DNA of 32,000 nt from contig LT962688.1 in assembly GCA_900234795.1 (NCBI GenBank), forward strand, positions 3,060,001 through 3,092,000, in the 5' to 3' direction. A program made the translations under genes and the position numbers. The stretch's first letter is position 1. Every line of letters begins with the position of its first letter. Positions 1-9,356 of this stretch are shown in pieces. Origin of the DNA: Methylorubrum extorquens. GTDB lineage: Bacteria; Pseudomonadota; Alphaproteobacteria; Rhizobiales; Beijerinckiaceae. The notes under the pieces were generated by a model. That model had not been told where the DNA came from. It ran no database searches and saw only the letters and a list, made by a program, of their open reading frames with translations.

Positions 1-20
1 AGACGATGCTTCCCGCGCGG

Positions 21-542
21 TCAGCTGACCGGGGGCGACGGATCGCGGGCGGCCCGCTCGGCCTCGACCAGCACGTCGAAGGCGCGCCACGGCTTCGGGA
101 TGAACACCGCCCCTTCCGGCAAGGACGTCCCGTGCTCCGGTTCGACGCCGGAGGTCACGACCAGCCGGGTGCGCGGCCAGAGGGTGGCGATGGCTCGAGC
201 AAGCTGAAGCCCATCCATCGCCCCCGCGAGGCGGATATCGGCGAAGACCAGAGCGACGTCGCCGCCTCTCTCCTGCAGGACGCTCAAGGCACGCTCGGCG
301 CTGTCGCAGCCGATCACGCGCAACTCGGTCTCTTCCAGTACGCTCTCGGCCAGTTCGCGGGTGTCGCGCTCGTCCTCGACCACGAGGGCGATGCGGGCGT
401 CCGGACGCTCAACCTTCGCCGGCGCGGCGCGTTCGGCGTGATCGACCCGCCGAACCAGAGCAGCGAGATGGTCGGGAATGCCCTCGGCGACGAGGTTGTC
501 GTAGCAGGAGGCGAGCGCCTGGCCGATCTGATCGAGTTTCAT
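21..542 (-). CDS. Response regulator (single receiver domain) with NepR-like N-terminal segment
   Basis: ORF 21..644(-) opens at a GTG; the first ATG is at 542 (cat at 540-542). Receiver signature is present: acidic pair VVEDE, phospho-acceptor Asp in LVFADIRL, VVTSG, conserved Lys in FIPKPW. N-terminal IGQALASCYDNLVAEGIPDHLAALVRRV resembles the NepR anti-sigma motif. No clear SD before either start, so the start is uncertain. Confidence 0.8.
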   Translation of the reverse strand: MKLDQIGQALASCYDNLVAEGIPDHLAALVRRVDHAERAAPAKVERPDARIALVVEDERDTRELAESVLEETELRVIGCDSAERALSVLQERGGDVALVFADIRLAGAMDGLQLARAIATLWPRTRLVVTSGVEPEHGTSLPEGAVFIPKPWRAFDVLVEAERAARDPSPPVS

Positions 543-733
543 GCTCGGCAGAAGCGGATCATCGGCGAGCCCCCGATGCGATCGGTCTCGAAACGTGTCG
601 TTCAAGGCGAAACGATCCTCCCCTGCGCGTCCGGGCCGCACCACACCACAACAAAGCGGTCGGGCGCCGCTCAGTTGCGTCGAAGGAGGATTTTCACCGT
701 CGCGGGCCCGCCGCGCGGCGGGCGGCCGCAGCT

Positions 734-1879
734 CTACTGAACGGTCTCGGCGTCGGCGAGCGCGACAAGGCCGGCCACGGTGCGGACGTCGCGGTAGCGG
801 TCGCCGCGGGCGTTCATCATCGCCTCGAACTTCTGGTGCACCTGGGCGACCGAGAGGCTCGCGGGCTTGCGGTGGCGGCCCCGGCCGGTGGTGCCGGCAA
901 AGAAGATCGACCGGTTGGCCCGGGCCGGGCCGGGCAGAAGGGTTGCCGCGGCGGCGGTCGGCTTGTCGACCACCTGGGACAGGAAGTTCTCGGCGTCCTC
1001 CGGCCCGAGGAAGTGCGCGAGGTAGACCTCGCCGAGAGTCAGCTCACGGCCGATCTTCAGGGCGATGCGTCCAGCGTCGCGCTTCAGCATCTCGCCGGCC
1101 ATGACGGCCGAGAGGTAGGGGTCGCGGCGCAGGTCGAGGATGCGGGAGCGCTCGGCCTGATCCTGAATCGACGGCCGGTCGTTGCCGTCCGGAACGATCA
1201 GGCCGGCCTCCTTCTCGTATCCGTATCGGGGTCCGAAATCGCGGATCACGCCGAGCCAAGTGCGCTCGATGAACTGGAACAGTCCGGTGGCCGAGGAGGT
1301 CTTGGCCTGGACGGCGGTGATGAAGCTCGACTCCTTGTCGGCCACCGCCATGAGCAGCACCGGATCGGTCTGCACCGCCTGAGCCGCCTTCACAATCGTC
1401 TGGACGAGGTGGCGGCGGATCTTCATCGGCCCGAATTCGAGGATGTCGTTCGGATCGCCGGTCGAGGTCTGCGAGAGCAGGAAGTCGTAGGAGACGCGGT
1501 CGACCGTGTTGGTACCGAGTTCGGTGTCGAGATCGCCCACGGGGTGGAAGCTCGCGGAGGCGGCCAGCACGCTCGATACCGGCATCTCGGGCGCGAGCGC
1601 CTGAAGGCGCGGCTTCGGCATGGCGAGGTCGGACACCTTGGTCGAGGCCTCGGCCCGGCCGAAATCGGTGCCGGCATTGAGCAGAACCGCGCTCAGTCCC
1701 CCGGCGAGCAGGGTCATGGACAGGATGGAGCGGACCAGAGCCGTGCGGCTGCCGTGATCACGCCCCGTCCGGGAATTCATGGTGATGGCGTCGGAGGACG
1801 GGGTGGGACGCCCGCTCTTGCGAGGAGCGTGGGAGGAAATCTTGGTGGTCCGCGGCGATCCAATCGAACGGCCCTGCAT
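734..1879 (-). CDS. Lytic transglycosylase, SLT domain protein with N-terminal signal/anchor
   Basis: Translation contains the SLT core (LLMAVADKESSF...TSSATGLFQFIERTW...YLAHFLG) after a hydrophobic segment (ILSMTLLAGGLSAVLL). ATG at 1879; an alternative ATG at 1780 would still keep the hydrophobic segment. Confidence 0.8.
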   Translation of the reverse strand: MQGRSIGSPRTTKISSHAPRKSGRPTPSSDAITMNSRTGRDHGSRTALVRSILSMTLLAGGLSAVLLNAGTDFGRAEASTKVSDLAMPKPRLQALAPEMPVSSVLAASASFHPVGDLDTELGTNTVDRVSYDFLLSQTSTGDPNDILEFGPMKIRRHLVQTIVKAAQAVQTDPVLLMAVADKESSFITAVQAKTSSATGLFQFIERTWLGVIRDFGPRYGYEKEAGLIVPDGNDRPSIQDQAERSRILDLRRDPYLSAVMAGEMLKRDAGRIALKIGRELTLGEVYLAHFLGPEDAENFLSQVVDKPTAAAATLLPGPARANRSIFFAGTTGRGRHRKPASLSVAQVHQKFEAMMNARGDRYRDVRTVAGLVALADAETVQ

Positions 1880-2445
1880 CGTTGTCGTCGCTCACTCTTC
1901 GTGATGGCGCCAGCGGCGTATGGGCAACAGTTACGCCGCCGGATGTGGCGCAAACACGGCCGAGGTTGTGGCATCCCCAAGGCAGTGCGGGGCAATTTGC
2001 GGGCAAGCTGAGCCATTTGGAGGGTTATCCCCGGACTTGTCCCCAAGGAACGCGCGAGGGCTCTACCCTGGGGGCTGCAGCGTCCATCGCGGAGCGATGT
2101 CACCGGACGGCGACAAGGGCCGGGGCGCACATCCTTCTGCTTTTACTTCTACTCTGACAGAGACATCGAAAACGCTGTCCGACGAAGTGGTGACCGGTTC
2201 GTCGAAAGACGGCTCCACCAATCAAGCGCCTAGCGATGCCAGCCTAATCCAATCAGGCTGGATACGGCGCCAACAACGAGCATTATAAATCCGACTTTAA
2301 CAAACCTCTACAAATTATGAAATTCTTCATCGTCTTAATTTTTTCCACTCAAAGCGGCTTCGACACGACATAAACTGCGAAAACCCTTTAACTCCGTGTA
2401 CTGATTCTTGAGGCAATAGAATGCCCGCCACACCCGGGGTTACCC

Positions 2446-4132
2446 ATGCCAAAAATTTTACTCAGCGTTCGAGCATCCCTGGGATGCCTCTTTGCAGCGA
2501 TGCTCGTCGTGTCGATCCTGCAGGGTGCTGCCGCCTATTGGAAGATCAACAGCATCTCTACTGTCACGAATGATATTCTCGAGAATACTATTCCCTCCAT
2601 CAACGAAGCACATGCAATCAACGCGCTCATTCTGCGCACGCGACTTTGGCAGGCTCGCTACATGACGCCCGAGAATGAGGCGTCGAGGGAGCAGAGCAGA
2701 GCCAGAATTGTCGAGTTCGCGACAGAACGCGACCAAAGGGTTGCGGCATACCAATCGCTCGTCGCGAGCGCGGACGAGCAGCAGACGTATGATGAGTTGA
2801 AGGCGAAGCTTGATCTGCTGAGAGCCGATGGCGAACGCCTTCGGGCTTTTCCGAATGAGCGCTACGAAGAGGCCATCGCGTTCTTCCGCGGCTCGATGTA
2901 CGCCAACTACCTCGCCGTCTCGGCCGCAGCACGCAAGCTGGTCGATATCAATATTGCGAATGGCAAGAAGGCCGACGCCGCCGTTCGGTCGGAACAGGCT
3001 TCGGCGATGCGGAGCACGCTGCTCATCCTCGGCCTTGCCGTCCTGATCGCCCTGAGCGCGATGACCTTCTGCTTCCTGGGCGTCTCGCGTCCGATCGAGC
3101 GGATGACCGCGGCGATGCGGCGCTTGGCCGGCGGGGACGCAGCCTCGAAGATTCCCTATGCCAGCCGCCAGGACGAGATCGGTGCGATGGCCGGCGCCGT
3201 GCAGGTGTTTCGCGACAATCTCGTTCGGACCCGCCAGCTCGAAGAGGAGACGGCGCTCGCGCGTGCCTCGGCTGAAGAGCAGCGCAAGGCCGGCATGCGC
3301 CAGATGGCCGATGGCTTCGAGGCCGCGGTCGGCGGCATCGTCGGCATGGTCTCCTCGGCCGCCAGCGAGTTGCAGGCCACGGCCCAGAGCATGAGTTCCA
3401 CCGCCGGACAGACCGCCACCCAATCCACCAGCGTGGCAGCGGCTGCCGAGCAGGCTGCGGCCAACGTCAACACCGTGGCGGCGGCCGCCGAAGAACTCGG
3501 CTCGTCGGTGGCCGAGATCAGCCGGCAGGTTTCCGGCTCGGCCGATCTCGCCCAAATGGCGGTGGCGGAGGCCAATGCCACGGTCGGCCTCGTGCAGGAG
3601 CTGGCGCAATCGGCCAGCCGCATCGGCGACGTGGTGGCCCTGATCTCGCAGATCGCGGGGCAGACGAACCTCTTGGCGCTCAACGCCACGATCGAGGCGG
3701 CCCGTGCCGGCGAGGCGGGGGCGAGGCTTCGCGGTCGTGGCTTCCGAGGTCAAGGAACTCGCCAACCAGACCGCGCGCGCCACCGAGGAGATCGGGCGGC
3801 AGATCGGCCAGATCCAGGGATCGACGGATCAAGCGGTCGGCGCGATCGGCGGGATCGGCACGCGCATCCGCGAAATCGCGGGCGTCGCGGCCTCGATCGC
3901 GACGGCGGTGGAGGAGCAGGGCGCGGCGACCCAGGAGATCGTGCGCAACGTTGCCCAGGCATCCGCCGGGACGAGCGAGGTGACGACGAACATCGCGGGT
4001 GTGGCGGGTGCGGCCGAGGAGACGGGTGCAGCCGCCGCGCAGGTGCTGGCCTCGGCCTCCGAGCTGTCGCGCCAATCCGAGCACCTCAATGCCGAGGTCG
4101 GGAACTTCCTCGCCACCGTGCGCGCCGCCTGA
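2446..4132 (+). pseudogene. Methyl-accepting chemotaxis protein, interrupted by a +1 frameshift in a G5 run (3717-3721); possibly a sequencing indel
   Basis: Frame of 2446 gives two TM segments, a HAMP region (RPIERMTAAMRRLAGGD...DEIGAMAGAVQVFRDNL) and the signalling domain up to [17 protein letters not shown], then Arg/Gly nonsense. The frame from 3722 continues [24 protein letters not shown]...[11 protein letters not shown]... to the stop at 4130-4132. Dropping one G restores the canonical [16 protein letters not shown] hairpin tip. Confidence 0.85.
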
Positions 4133-4162
4133 ACGGAACAGAGTAGACTTCTAAGCCACGCC

Positions 4163-4200
4163 AAGGCCCTCGCTCGATGAGCGGGGGGCCTTTCGCATTC
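4163..4200 (+). terminator. Hairpin plus T-rich tail downstream of the MCP gene, between convergent MCP and coaA
   Basis: AAGGCCCTCGCTC-gat-GAGCGGGGGGCCTT followed by TTTCGCATTCT. Inner stem CGCTC/GAGCG and outer stem GGCCC/GGGCC have one bulged G. Confidence 0.5.
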
Positions 4201-4299
4201 TGCGCCATCATCGACAGATCGACGACACGAACAGGTGACGTCCGCGGTGCGGCAAAAGACGATCGAGTGGATCGAACCTGACCTTCGATCTTCCCAATC

Positions 4300-5313
4300 T
4301 CACAGCCGTCGGAGCGCCACGCTCTCGATGCGATGGCTCGGCCCCTTGGCCAGGATCAGACCGGCCCGTTGGCGCGTGGGCAGGATGTTGTCGCGCAGGT
4401 TCGGTAGGTTGATCGTCGTCCACAGCCGGTCGGCGATCTCCAGCGCCTCGGTCTCGGTGACCTCGGCGTATTTGCGGAAATAGGAGAGCGGATCGCGGAA
4501 GGCGGTCTGGCGCAGGCGCAGGAAGCGGTTGACGTACCAGCGGTGCAGGTCGTCCTCGTGCCCGTCGAGATAGATCGAGAAGTCGAAGAAGTCGGAGACG
4601 AAGGGGATCGCGGTGCCGTCCCGCGGCAGGCGCGCCGGCTGGAGGACGTTCAGGCCCTCGACAATGAGGATGTCGGGCGATTCAATCACCTGCTCCTCGC
4701 CGGGCACCACATCGTAGACGAGGTGGGAATAGACCGGGGCGGCGACGCGCCTGTGCCCGGCCTTGATGTCGGCAAGGAACCGCAGAAGCGCCGCGCTGTC
4801 GTAGCTCTCGGGAAAACCCTTCCGCTCCATCGCGCCCATACGCTGCAATTCGGCGTTGGGGTGAAGGAAGCCGTCGGTCGTGATGAGATCGACCTTCGGC
4901 GTGTTGGGCCAGCGGGCCAGCAGCGCCTTCAGCACCCGTGCCGTGGTCGATTTGCCGACCGCCACCGAGCCGGCAAGGCCGATGATGTAGGGCACCTTGG
5001 TGTCGTGGTCGGCGAGCAGGAAGCGCTGCGTCGCCTTGAACAGCCCCTGGGTTGCCGCAACGTAGAGCGAGAGCAGGCGGGAGAGCGGCAGGTAGATCGC
5101 CACGACCTCCTCGATCGAGATCGGGTCATTGAGCGATTGCAGGCGGCCGATATCCTCGGCGCTCAGCGTCAACGGGGCGTCGGCACGTAGCTGCGCCCAT
5201 TCGTCCCGCGAAAAGATCCGATAGGGGGAGAGGCGGCTCGGCCCGTGGCCGGTCACCGGATTCTGGCGCTCCTCCGGTTCGATCCCCGCCGACGGGATCG
5301 GGGCGCCGATCAT
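4300..5313 (-). CDS. coaA: Type I pantothenate kinase
   Basis: Translation from ATG 5313 (MIGAPIPS...) has the P-loop [17 protein letters not shown], plus [20 protein letters not shown] and the typical CoaA C-terminus. The longer ORF to 5688 is an Arg/Gly-rich extension overlapping hisE. The ATG overlaps the hisE stop (ATGA). Confidence 0.9.
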   Translation of the reverse strand: MIGAPIPSAGIEPEERQNPVTGHGPSRLSPYRIFSRDEWAQLRADAPLTLSAEDIGRLQSLNDPISIEEVVAIYLPLSRLLSLYVAATQGLFKATQRFLLADHDTKVPYIIGLAGSVAVGKSTTARVLKALLARWPNTPKVDLITTDGFLHPNAELQRMGAMERKGFPESYDSAALLRFLADIKAGHRRVAAPVYSHLVYDVVPGEEQVIESPDILIVEGLNVLQPARLPRDGTAIPFVSDFFDFSIYLDGHEDDLHRWYVNRFLRLRQTAFRDPLSYFRKYAEVTETEALEIADRLWTTINLPNLRDNILPTRQRAGLILAKGPSHRIESVALRRL

Positions 5314-5633
5314 GTGTGCCTCCGCGCCGCCTTCTCGGCGAGCCCGCTCTGGGCGGTGCGCCGGCCCAGCTCCGCCATCACGTCGTCGAGCGGCACGCCC
5401 GCCGCCTTGAGCGTCACGACGAGATGGTAGAGCACGTCCGCCGCCTCCGAGACGAGCGCCTTCGGGTCGCCCTGCACCGCGGCGATGACGGCCTCGACCG
5501 CCTCCTCGCCGAGTTTCTTGGCAGCCTTGGCCGGCCCCTCGGAGAGCAGCTTTGCCGTGTAGGATGTCTCGGGGGGCGTGCCAGCGCGGCTGTCCACGAG
5601 GGCGGCGAGGTCGTCGAGGCTGAACTTCGTCAT
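5310..5633 (-). CDS. hisE: Phosphoribosyl-ATP pyrophosphatase
   Basis: [52 protein letters not shown]...[18 protein letters not shown] is the typical HisE. ATG at 5633 (cat 5631-5633). Stop TGA overlaps the coaA ATG. Confidence 0.9.
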   Translation of the reverse strand: MTKFSLDDLAALVDSRAGTPPETSYTAKLLSEGPAKAAKKLGEEAVEAVIAAVQGDPKALVSEAADVLYHLVVTLKAAGVPLDDVMAELGRRTAQSGLAEKAARRHT

Positions 5634-5753
5634 AAGGCGCGCAAGCGGAAACCGTATCATGCGGCATCGCCTGATCGGATACCGGCACTTTAAACCCTGC
5701 GCAGGCTCGGGCCCCCGGTCAAGGGGCGCGGGCATCCGCCCACCGGATACCCG

Positions 5754-6530
5754 TTACGGATCGAGTCGCATCGCAAGTCCGGCGGCGGCCATATGGGCCT
5801 TCGCCTCGCCGACCGTGTGGTGGCCGAAATGGAAGATCGAGGCAGCCAGCACCGCGCTCGCGCCGCCGTCACGGACGCCCGCCACGAGGTCGTCGAGCCC
5901 GCCGACGCCGCCGGAGGCGATCACCGGCACCCGCACCGCATCGGCGATGGCGCGGGTGAGCGCGATGTCGTAGCCGGAGCGGGTGCCGTCCTTGTCCATG
6001 GAGGTGACGAGGAGTTCGCCCGCGCCCCGCTCGGAGACCGTGCGGGCGAATTCGACCGCGTCGATCCCGGTCGGGTTGCGCCCGCCATGGGTGAAGATCT
6101 CCCAGCGCGCGGCCTCGTCCGGACCGGAGACCCGCTTGGCGTCGATCGCCACGACGATGCACTGGTCGCCGAACTTCTCCGCCGCCTCGGCGACGAAGTC
6201 GGGGTTCTTCACGGCGGCGGTGTTGATGCCGACCTTGTCGGCGCCCGCGAGCAGGAGCGTGCGCACATCGGCCACATTCCGCACCCCGCCGCCGACGGTG
6301 AGCGGCATGAAGCAGGCTTCCGCCGTGCGGCTCACCACGTCGAGCAGGGTGCCCCGCGCCTCGTGGCTCGCGGTGATGTCGAGGAAGCAGAGTTCGTCGG
6401 CACCGGCCGCATCGTAGGCTTTGGCCGATTCCACCGGATCACCGGCATCGCGCAGCTCGAGGAACTGCACGCCCTTCACGACGCGCCCGTCCTTCACGTC
6501 GAGGCAGGGGATGATGCGGGTCTTCAGCAC
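5754..6530 (-). CDS. hisF: Imidazole glycerol phosphate synthase, cyclase subunit
   Basis: (M)[22 protein letters not shown]...LDITAS...TVGGGV...SMDKDGT...ASGGVG. GTG start at 6530. Confidence 0.95.
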   Translation of the reverse strand: MLKTRIIPCLDVKDGRVVKGVQFLELRDAGDPVESAKAYDAAGADELCFLDITASHEARGTLLDVVSRTAEACFMPLTVGGGVRNVADVRTLLLAGADKVGINTAAVKNPDFVAEAAEKFGDQCIVVAIDAKRVSGPDEAARWEIFTHGGRNPTGIDAVEFARTVSERGAGELLVTSMDKDGTRSGYDIALTRAIADAVRVPVIASGGVGGLDDLVAGVRDGGASAVLAASIFHFGHHTVGEAKAHMAAAGLAMRLDP

Positions 6531-6577
6531 GCGTGAATGCCTTCAGGCTGTCGGGGCCGGCGGTCGGAGGGTCGCGA

Positions 6578-7345
6578 TCACGCGGCGCTCCCCGCGTCAC
6601 GGCTCTTGTCACGGCCCTTGGCACGGGCGATGGCGGCGAGCGCTTCCTTCGGGTCGATGCGGCCGTCGTAGAGGGCGCGGCCGGTGATGGCGCCGGCCAG
6701 CACGCCGCAGTCCGGCTCCAGCAGCCGCTCGACATCGGCGATCGAGGCCAGGCCGCCCGAGGCGATCACCGGGATGCTGACGGCCGAGGCCAGCGCCAGC
6801 GTCATCTCGATGTTGAGGCCCTTGAGGATGCCGTCGCGGGCGATGTCGGTGTAGATGATGGCGGCGACGCCGGCATCCTCGAAGCGACGCCCGAGCTCTT
6901 CCGCGGTCATGCTGGAGGTCTGAGCCCAGCCCTCCACCGCCACGCGCCCGTCCTTAGCGTCGATGCCGACGGCGATGCGCCCCGGATGGAGGCGGGCCGC
7001 CTCACGCACGAAGGCGGGATCGCGCACGGCCGACGTGCCGATGATGACGCGGCTCACGCCCTTTTCCAGCCAGCTTTCGAGGGTGCGCATCTCGCGCACG
7101 CCGCCGCCAAGCTGCACCGGCAGGCGCACGCGCGCCAGGATCGCATCGACCGCCGCAGCGTTACGGGGCTCGCCGGCGAAGGCACCGTCGAGATCGACCA
7201 CGTGGAGCCAGGAGAACCCCTGCGACTCGAAGGCCGCCGCTTGCGCGGCGGGATCGTCGTTGAAGACCTTGGCCTGGGCCATGTCGCCTTGAACGAGGCG
7301 GACGCAGCGCCCTTCCTTGAGGTCGATGGCCGGATACAGGATCAC
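6578..7345 (-). CDS. hisA: ProFAR isomerase
   Basis: (M)[21 protein letters not shown]...LHVVDLDGA...VQLGGGVR...YTDIARDG...ASGGLAS. GTG start at 7345. Confidence 0.95.
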   Translation of the reverse strand: MILYPAIDLKEGRCVRLVQGDMAQAKVFNDDPAAQAAAFESQGFSWLHVVDLDGAFAGEPRNAAAVDAILARVRLPVQLGGGVREMRTLESWLEKGVSRVIIGTSAVRDPAFVREAARLHPGRIAVGIDAKDGRVAVEGWAQTSSMTAEELGRRFEDAGVAAIIYTDIARDGILKGLNIEMTLALASAVSIPVIASGGLASIADVERLLEPDCGVLAGAITGRALYDGRIDPKEALAAIARAKGRDKSRDAGSAA

Positions 7346-7386
7346 GCGTCAGCTCGCGAATACGATGGGTCGGACAAAGGCGGCCC

Positions 7387-8049
7387 TCAGGGGCGCCAGC
7401 GCAGGAAGTTGCCGAGGAGCGCGAGACCGAGGTGCTGGCTCTTCTCGGGGTGGAACTGGGTGCCGGCCATGTTGTCGCGCGCGATCATCGCCGTGACCCG
7501 GCCGCCATACTCAGCATGGGCGACCACATCCGCCGGCTCAGAGGCCTTCAGCGCGAAGCTGTGGACGAAGTAGGCGTGGAGCCCGCCCTCCCCGATCGCG
7601 ATGTCGCGCAGCAGGGCGTGCTCGCGGTCGAGATGCAGGGTGTTCCAGCCCATATGCGGGATCTTCAATGCCGGGTCGGCCGGCTCGATCGGGGCGACGT
7701 CGCCAGGAATCCAGTTCAGGCCTGCGGTTTCCTCGTATTCGAGGCCGCGGCTCGCCATGAGCTGCATGCCGACGCAGATGCCGAGGAACGGCTTGCCCTG
7801 CGCCCTGACGGCCTCGGTCATGGCCTCGACCATGCCGGGCACCGCATCGAGGCCGCGGCGGCAATCGGCATAGGCGCCCACGCCGGGTAGCACCACGCGG
7901 TCGGCGCCGGCCACGGCTTCCGGCACGTCGGTGACGACGATGCGGGTGCCATCGAGCCCGGCCTCGCGGGCCGCGCGCTCGAAGGCCTTGGCCGCCGAGT
8001 GGAGATTGCCCGATCCGTAATCGATGATCGCGACGGTCTGCTCGCTCAC
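7387..8049 (-). CDS. hisH: Imidazole glycerol phosphate synthase, glutamine amidotransferase subunit
   Basis: [19 protein letters not shown]...LPGVGAY...catalytic Cys in [10 protein letters not shown]...GTQFHPEKS. Proposed GTG start at 8049 is preceded by GAGGGTGGA. As given, the reading frame stays open upstream to 8550, in frame with the DUF2628-like ORF. Confidence 0.85.
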   Translation of the reverse strand: MSEQTVAIIDYGSGNLHSAAKAFERAAREAGLDGTRIVVTDVPEAVAGADRVVLPGVGAYADCRRGLDAVPGMVEAMTEAVRAQGKPFLGICVGMQLMASRGLEYEETAGLNWIPGDVAPIEPADPALKIPHMGWNTLHLDREHALLRDIAIGEGGLHAYFVHSFALKASEPADVVAHAEYGGRVTAMIARDNMAGTQFHPEKSQHLGLALLGNFLRWRP

Positions 8050-8550
8050 CGTCCACCCTCGCTCGCGGGGGAAAAGGCCGATCACCGCATCATCGCCGCG
8101 GCGATGCGTCGGGCGGCTCACGGCCGTCGTGGCGAAACCCGTCGCGGCGGCGCCGGGAACCGGCGCGGCATCGAGCCAGCGGGCGGCGGCCTTCAGTTCG
8201 GCCTCCTCCTGCGAGCCGGCCATCACCGCGTCCAGGGCCGGCTTGCCCCGGCGGCCATAGGTCCAGCGGCGCAGGCTCGACGCCTCCATGCCGATCAGCA
8301 GGCTCACCAGCACTGTGACGACCAGCGCAGCGAAGGGCGAGAGGCTGAGCGCCCGCCCCGCCAGTGCAAGGGCGACGAGCCCCACCAGCACGAGGAGCGC
8401 GGCGAGCCAGAGGCGGTGGCGCAGGAACCACAGCACCGTGAAGGCGAAGGCGCTCCACGAGAAGCCGTCGCGCACGAGATGCGCCTGTTCCAGCGCCCGC
8501 GGGTCACCCCGAACCGAGCCCTCGGGAACGTGCAGCGTGTAGGTCCGCAT
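8046..8550 (-). CDS. DUF2628-like two-TM membrane protein (the conserved his-operon insert of Rhizobiales). The 3' end assumes one G fewer in the run 8067-8071; otherwise it reads through into hisH.
   Basis: ATG at 8550 is preceded by a strong SD (GAGGAGGAGCGAGG). [12 protein letters not shown]...[33 protein letters not shown]...[19 protein letters not shown] matches my recollection of the family. As given there is no stop before hisH; a -1 correction yields ...GLFPASEGGR* with the TGA overlapping the hisH GTG. Confidence 0.65.
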
Positions 8551-8572
8551 CCTCGCTCCTCCTCAAATGGTC

Positions 8573-9161
8573 TCAGAGCGATCCCTTGGTGGAGGGGAAC
8601 GCGGCCATCCTCACGCGGGTCGATGGCGACGGCCTTCCGCAAGCTCCGGGCCAGCCCCTTGAAGACGCTCTCGGCAATATGGTGCGCGTTCTCGCCGTAG
8701 AGAGTCTCGACGTGCAGCGTGATACCGGCATTCATCGCGAAGGCCTGGAAGAACTCCCGCACCAGTTCGGTGTCGAACTGGCCGATCTTCTCGACGCGGA
8801 AGCTCGTGCGGAACACGAGGAAGGGACGGCCGGAAATGTCGATCGCGATACGGCTCAGCGTCTCGTCCATCGGCAGGTGGATGTCGGCGTAGCGGGCGAT
8901 GCCGCGCTTGTCGCCGAGCGCCTGAGCCACCGCCTGGCCCAGCGCGATGCCGGTATCCTCGGTGGTGTGGTGCTGATCGACGTGCAGGTCGCCCTCGACC
9001 TTGATCGTCACGTCGAACAGGCCGTGCCGGGCGAACAGCTCCAGCATATGGTCGAGGAAACCGACGCCGGTCGCGATCGTGGCCTTGCCGGTGCCGTCGA
9101 GATCGATCGAGACGGACACGTCGGTCTCTGCCGTGCGGCGGCTGATGCTGGCTGTACGCAT
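8573..9161 (-). CDS. hisB: Imidazoleglycerol-phosphate dehydratase; the 3' end is frameshifted by an extra G in the run 8594-8597 (as given, the ORF runs on to 8304)
   Basis: [23 protein letters not shown]...FLDHMLE...DQHHTTED...[20 protein letters not shown]. As given the tail reads [12 protein letters not shown]... for about 95 extra codons across the next gene. Removing one base gives VPSTKGSL followed by TGA at 8573-8575, 22 nt before the next gene's SD and ATG. Confidence 0.85.
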
Positions 9162-9356
9162 CGGATACGGGTGTCTGATCCTGGAACGGGCAGCAGGCCT
9201 TAGCGGCCGGCCGGGCCTGCCTTGTAGTGTGGTTTTGCCCGGCGGGGGAAGGGTCTTGAAAGCTGGTCTTGGCGGCGATCCTGCGTGAACCCCCATGGGA
9301 CGACGCTCGGCGTCATCCGCCGGTCATGCCGGCGCGCCAGCCTGCCGGGGTCACCG

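Noticed and set aside
541-1104. Arg/Pro/Gly/Ser-rich ORFs such as 541..1104(+), 7538..8056(-), 20844..21527(-), 30650..31204(-) and 17260..19125(-) upstream of residue ~365.
   Set aside because: These are out-of-frame readings of real genes. Their composition (poly-R/P/G) is a GC artefact, and there is no start or RBS support.
1920-2288. 122-aa plus-strand ORF (and 1882..2157) in the SLT/MCP intergenic region.
   Set aside because: It has no RBS, no recognisable motifs and a mixed composition. It lies in a divergent promoter region, so it is most likely non-coding.
2281-2445. CtrA box (TTAA-N7-TTAAC) or sigma-28-type flagellar promoter upstream of the chemoreceptor gene.
   Set aside because: Two isolated TTAAC pentamers (around 2296 and 2388) lack a correctly spaced TTAA partner. 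No TAAA-N15-GCCGATAA-like match was found.
5310-5313. hisE-coaA ATGA overlap, and the 3-nt gap between convergent metY and the formyltransferase gene (16400-16402).
   Set aside because: Tight coupling and packing of this kind is ordinary in compact bacterial operons. To my knowledge hisE-coaA adjacency is common in Rhizobiales, so it is not a novel signal.
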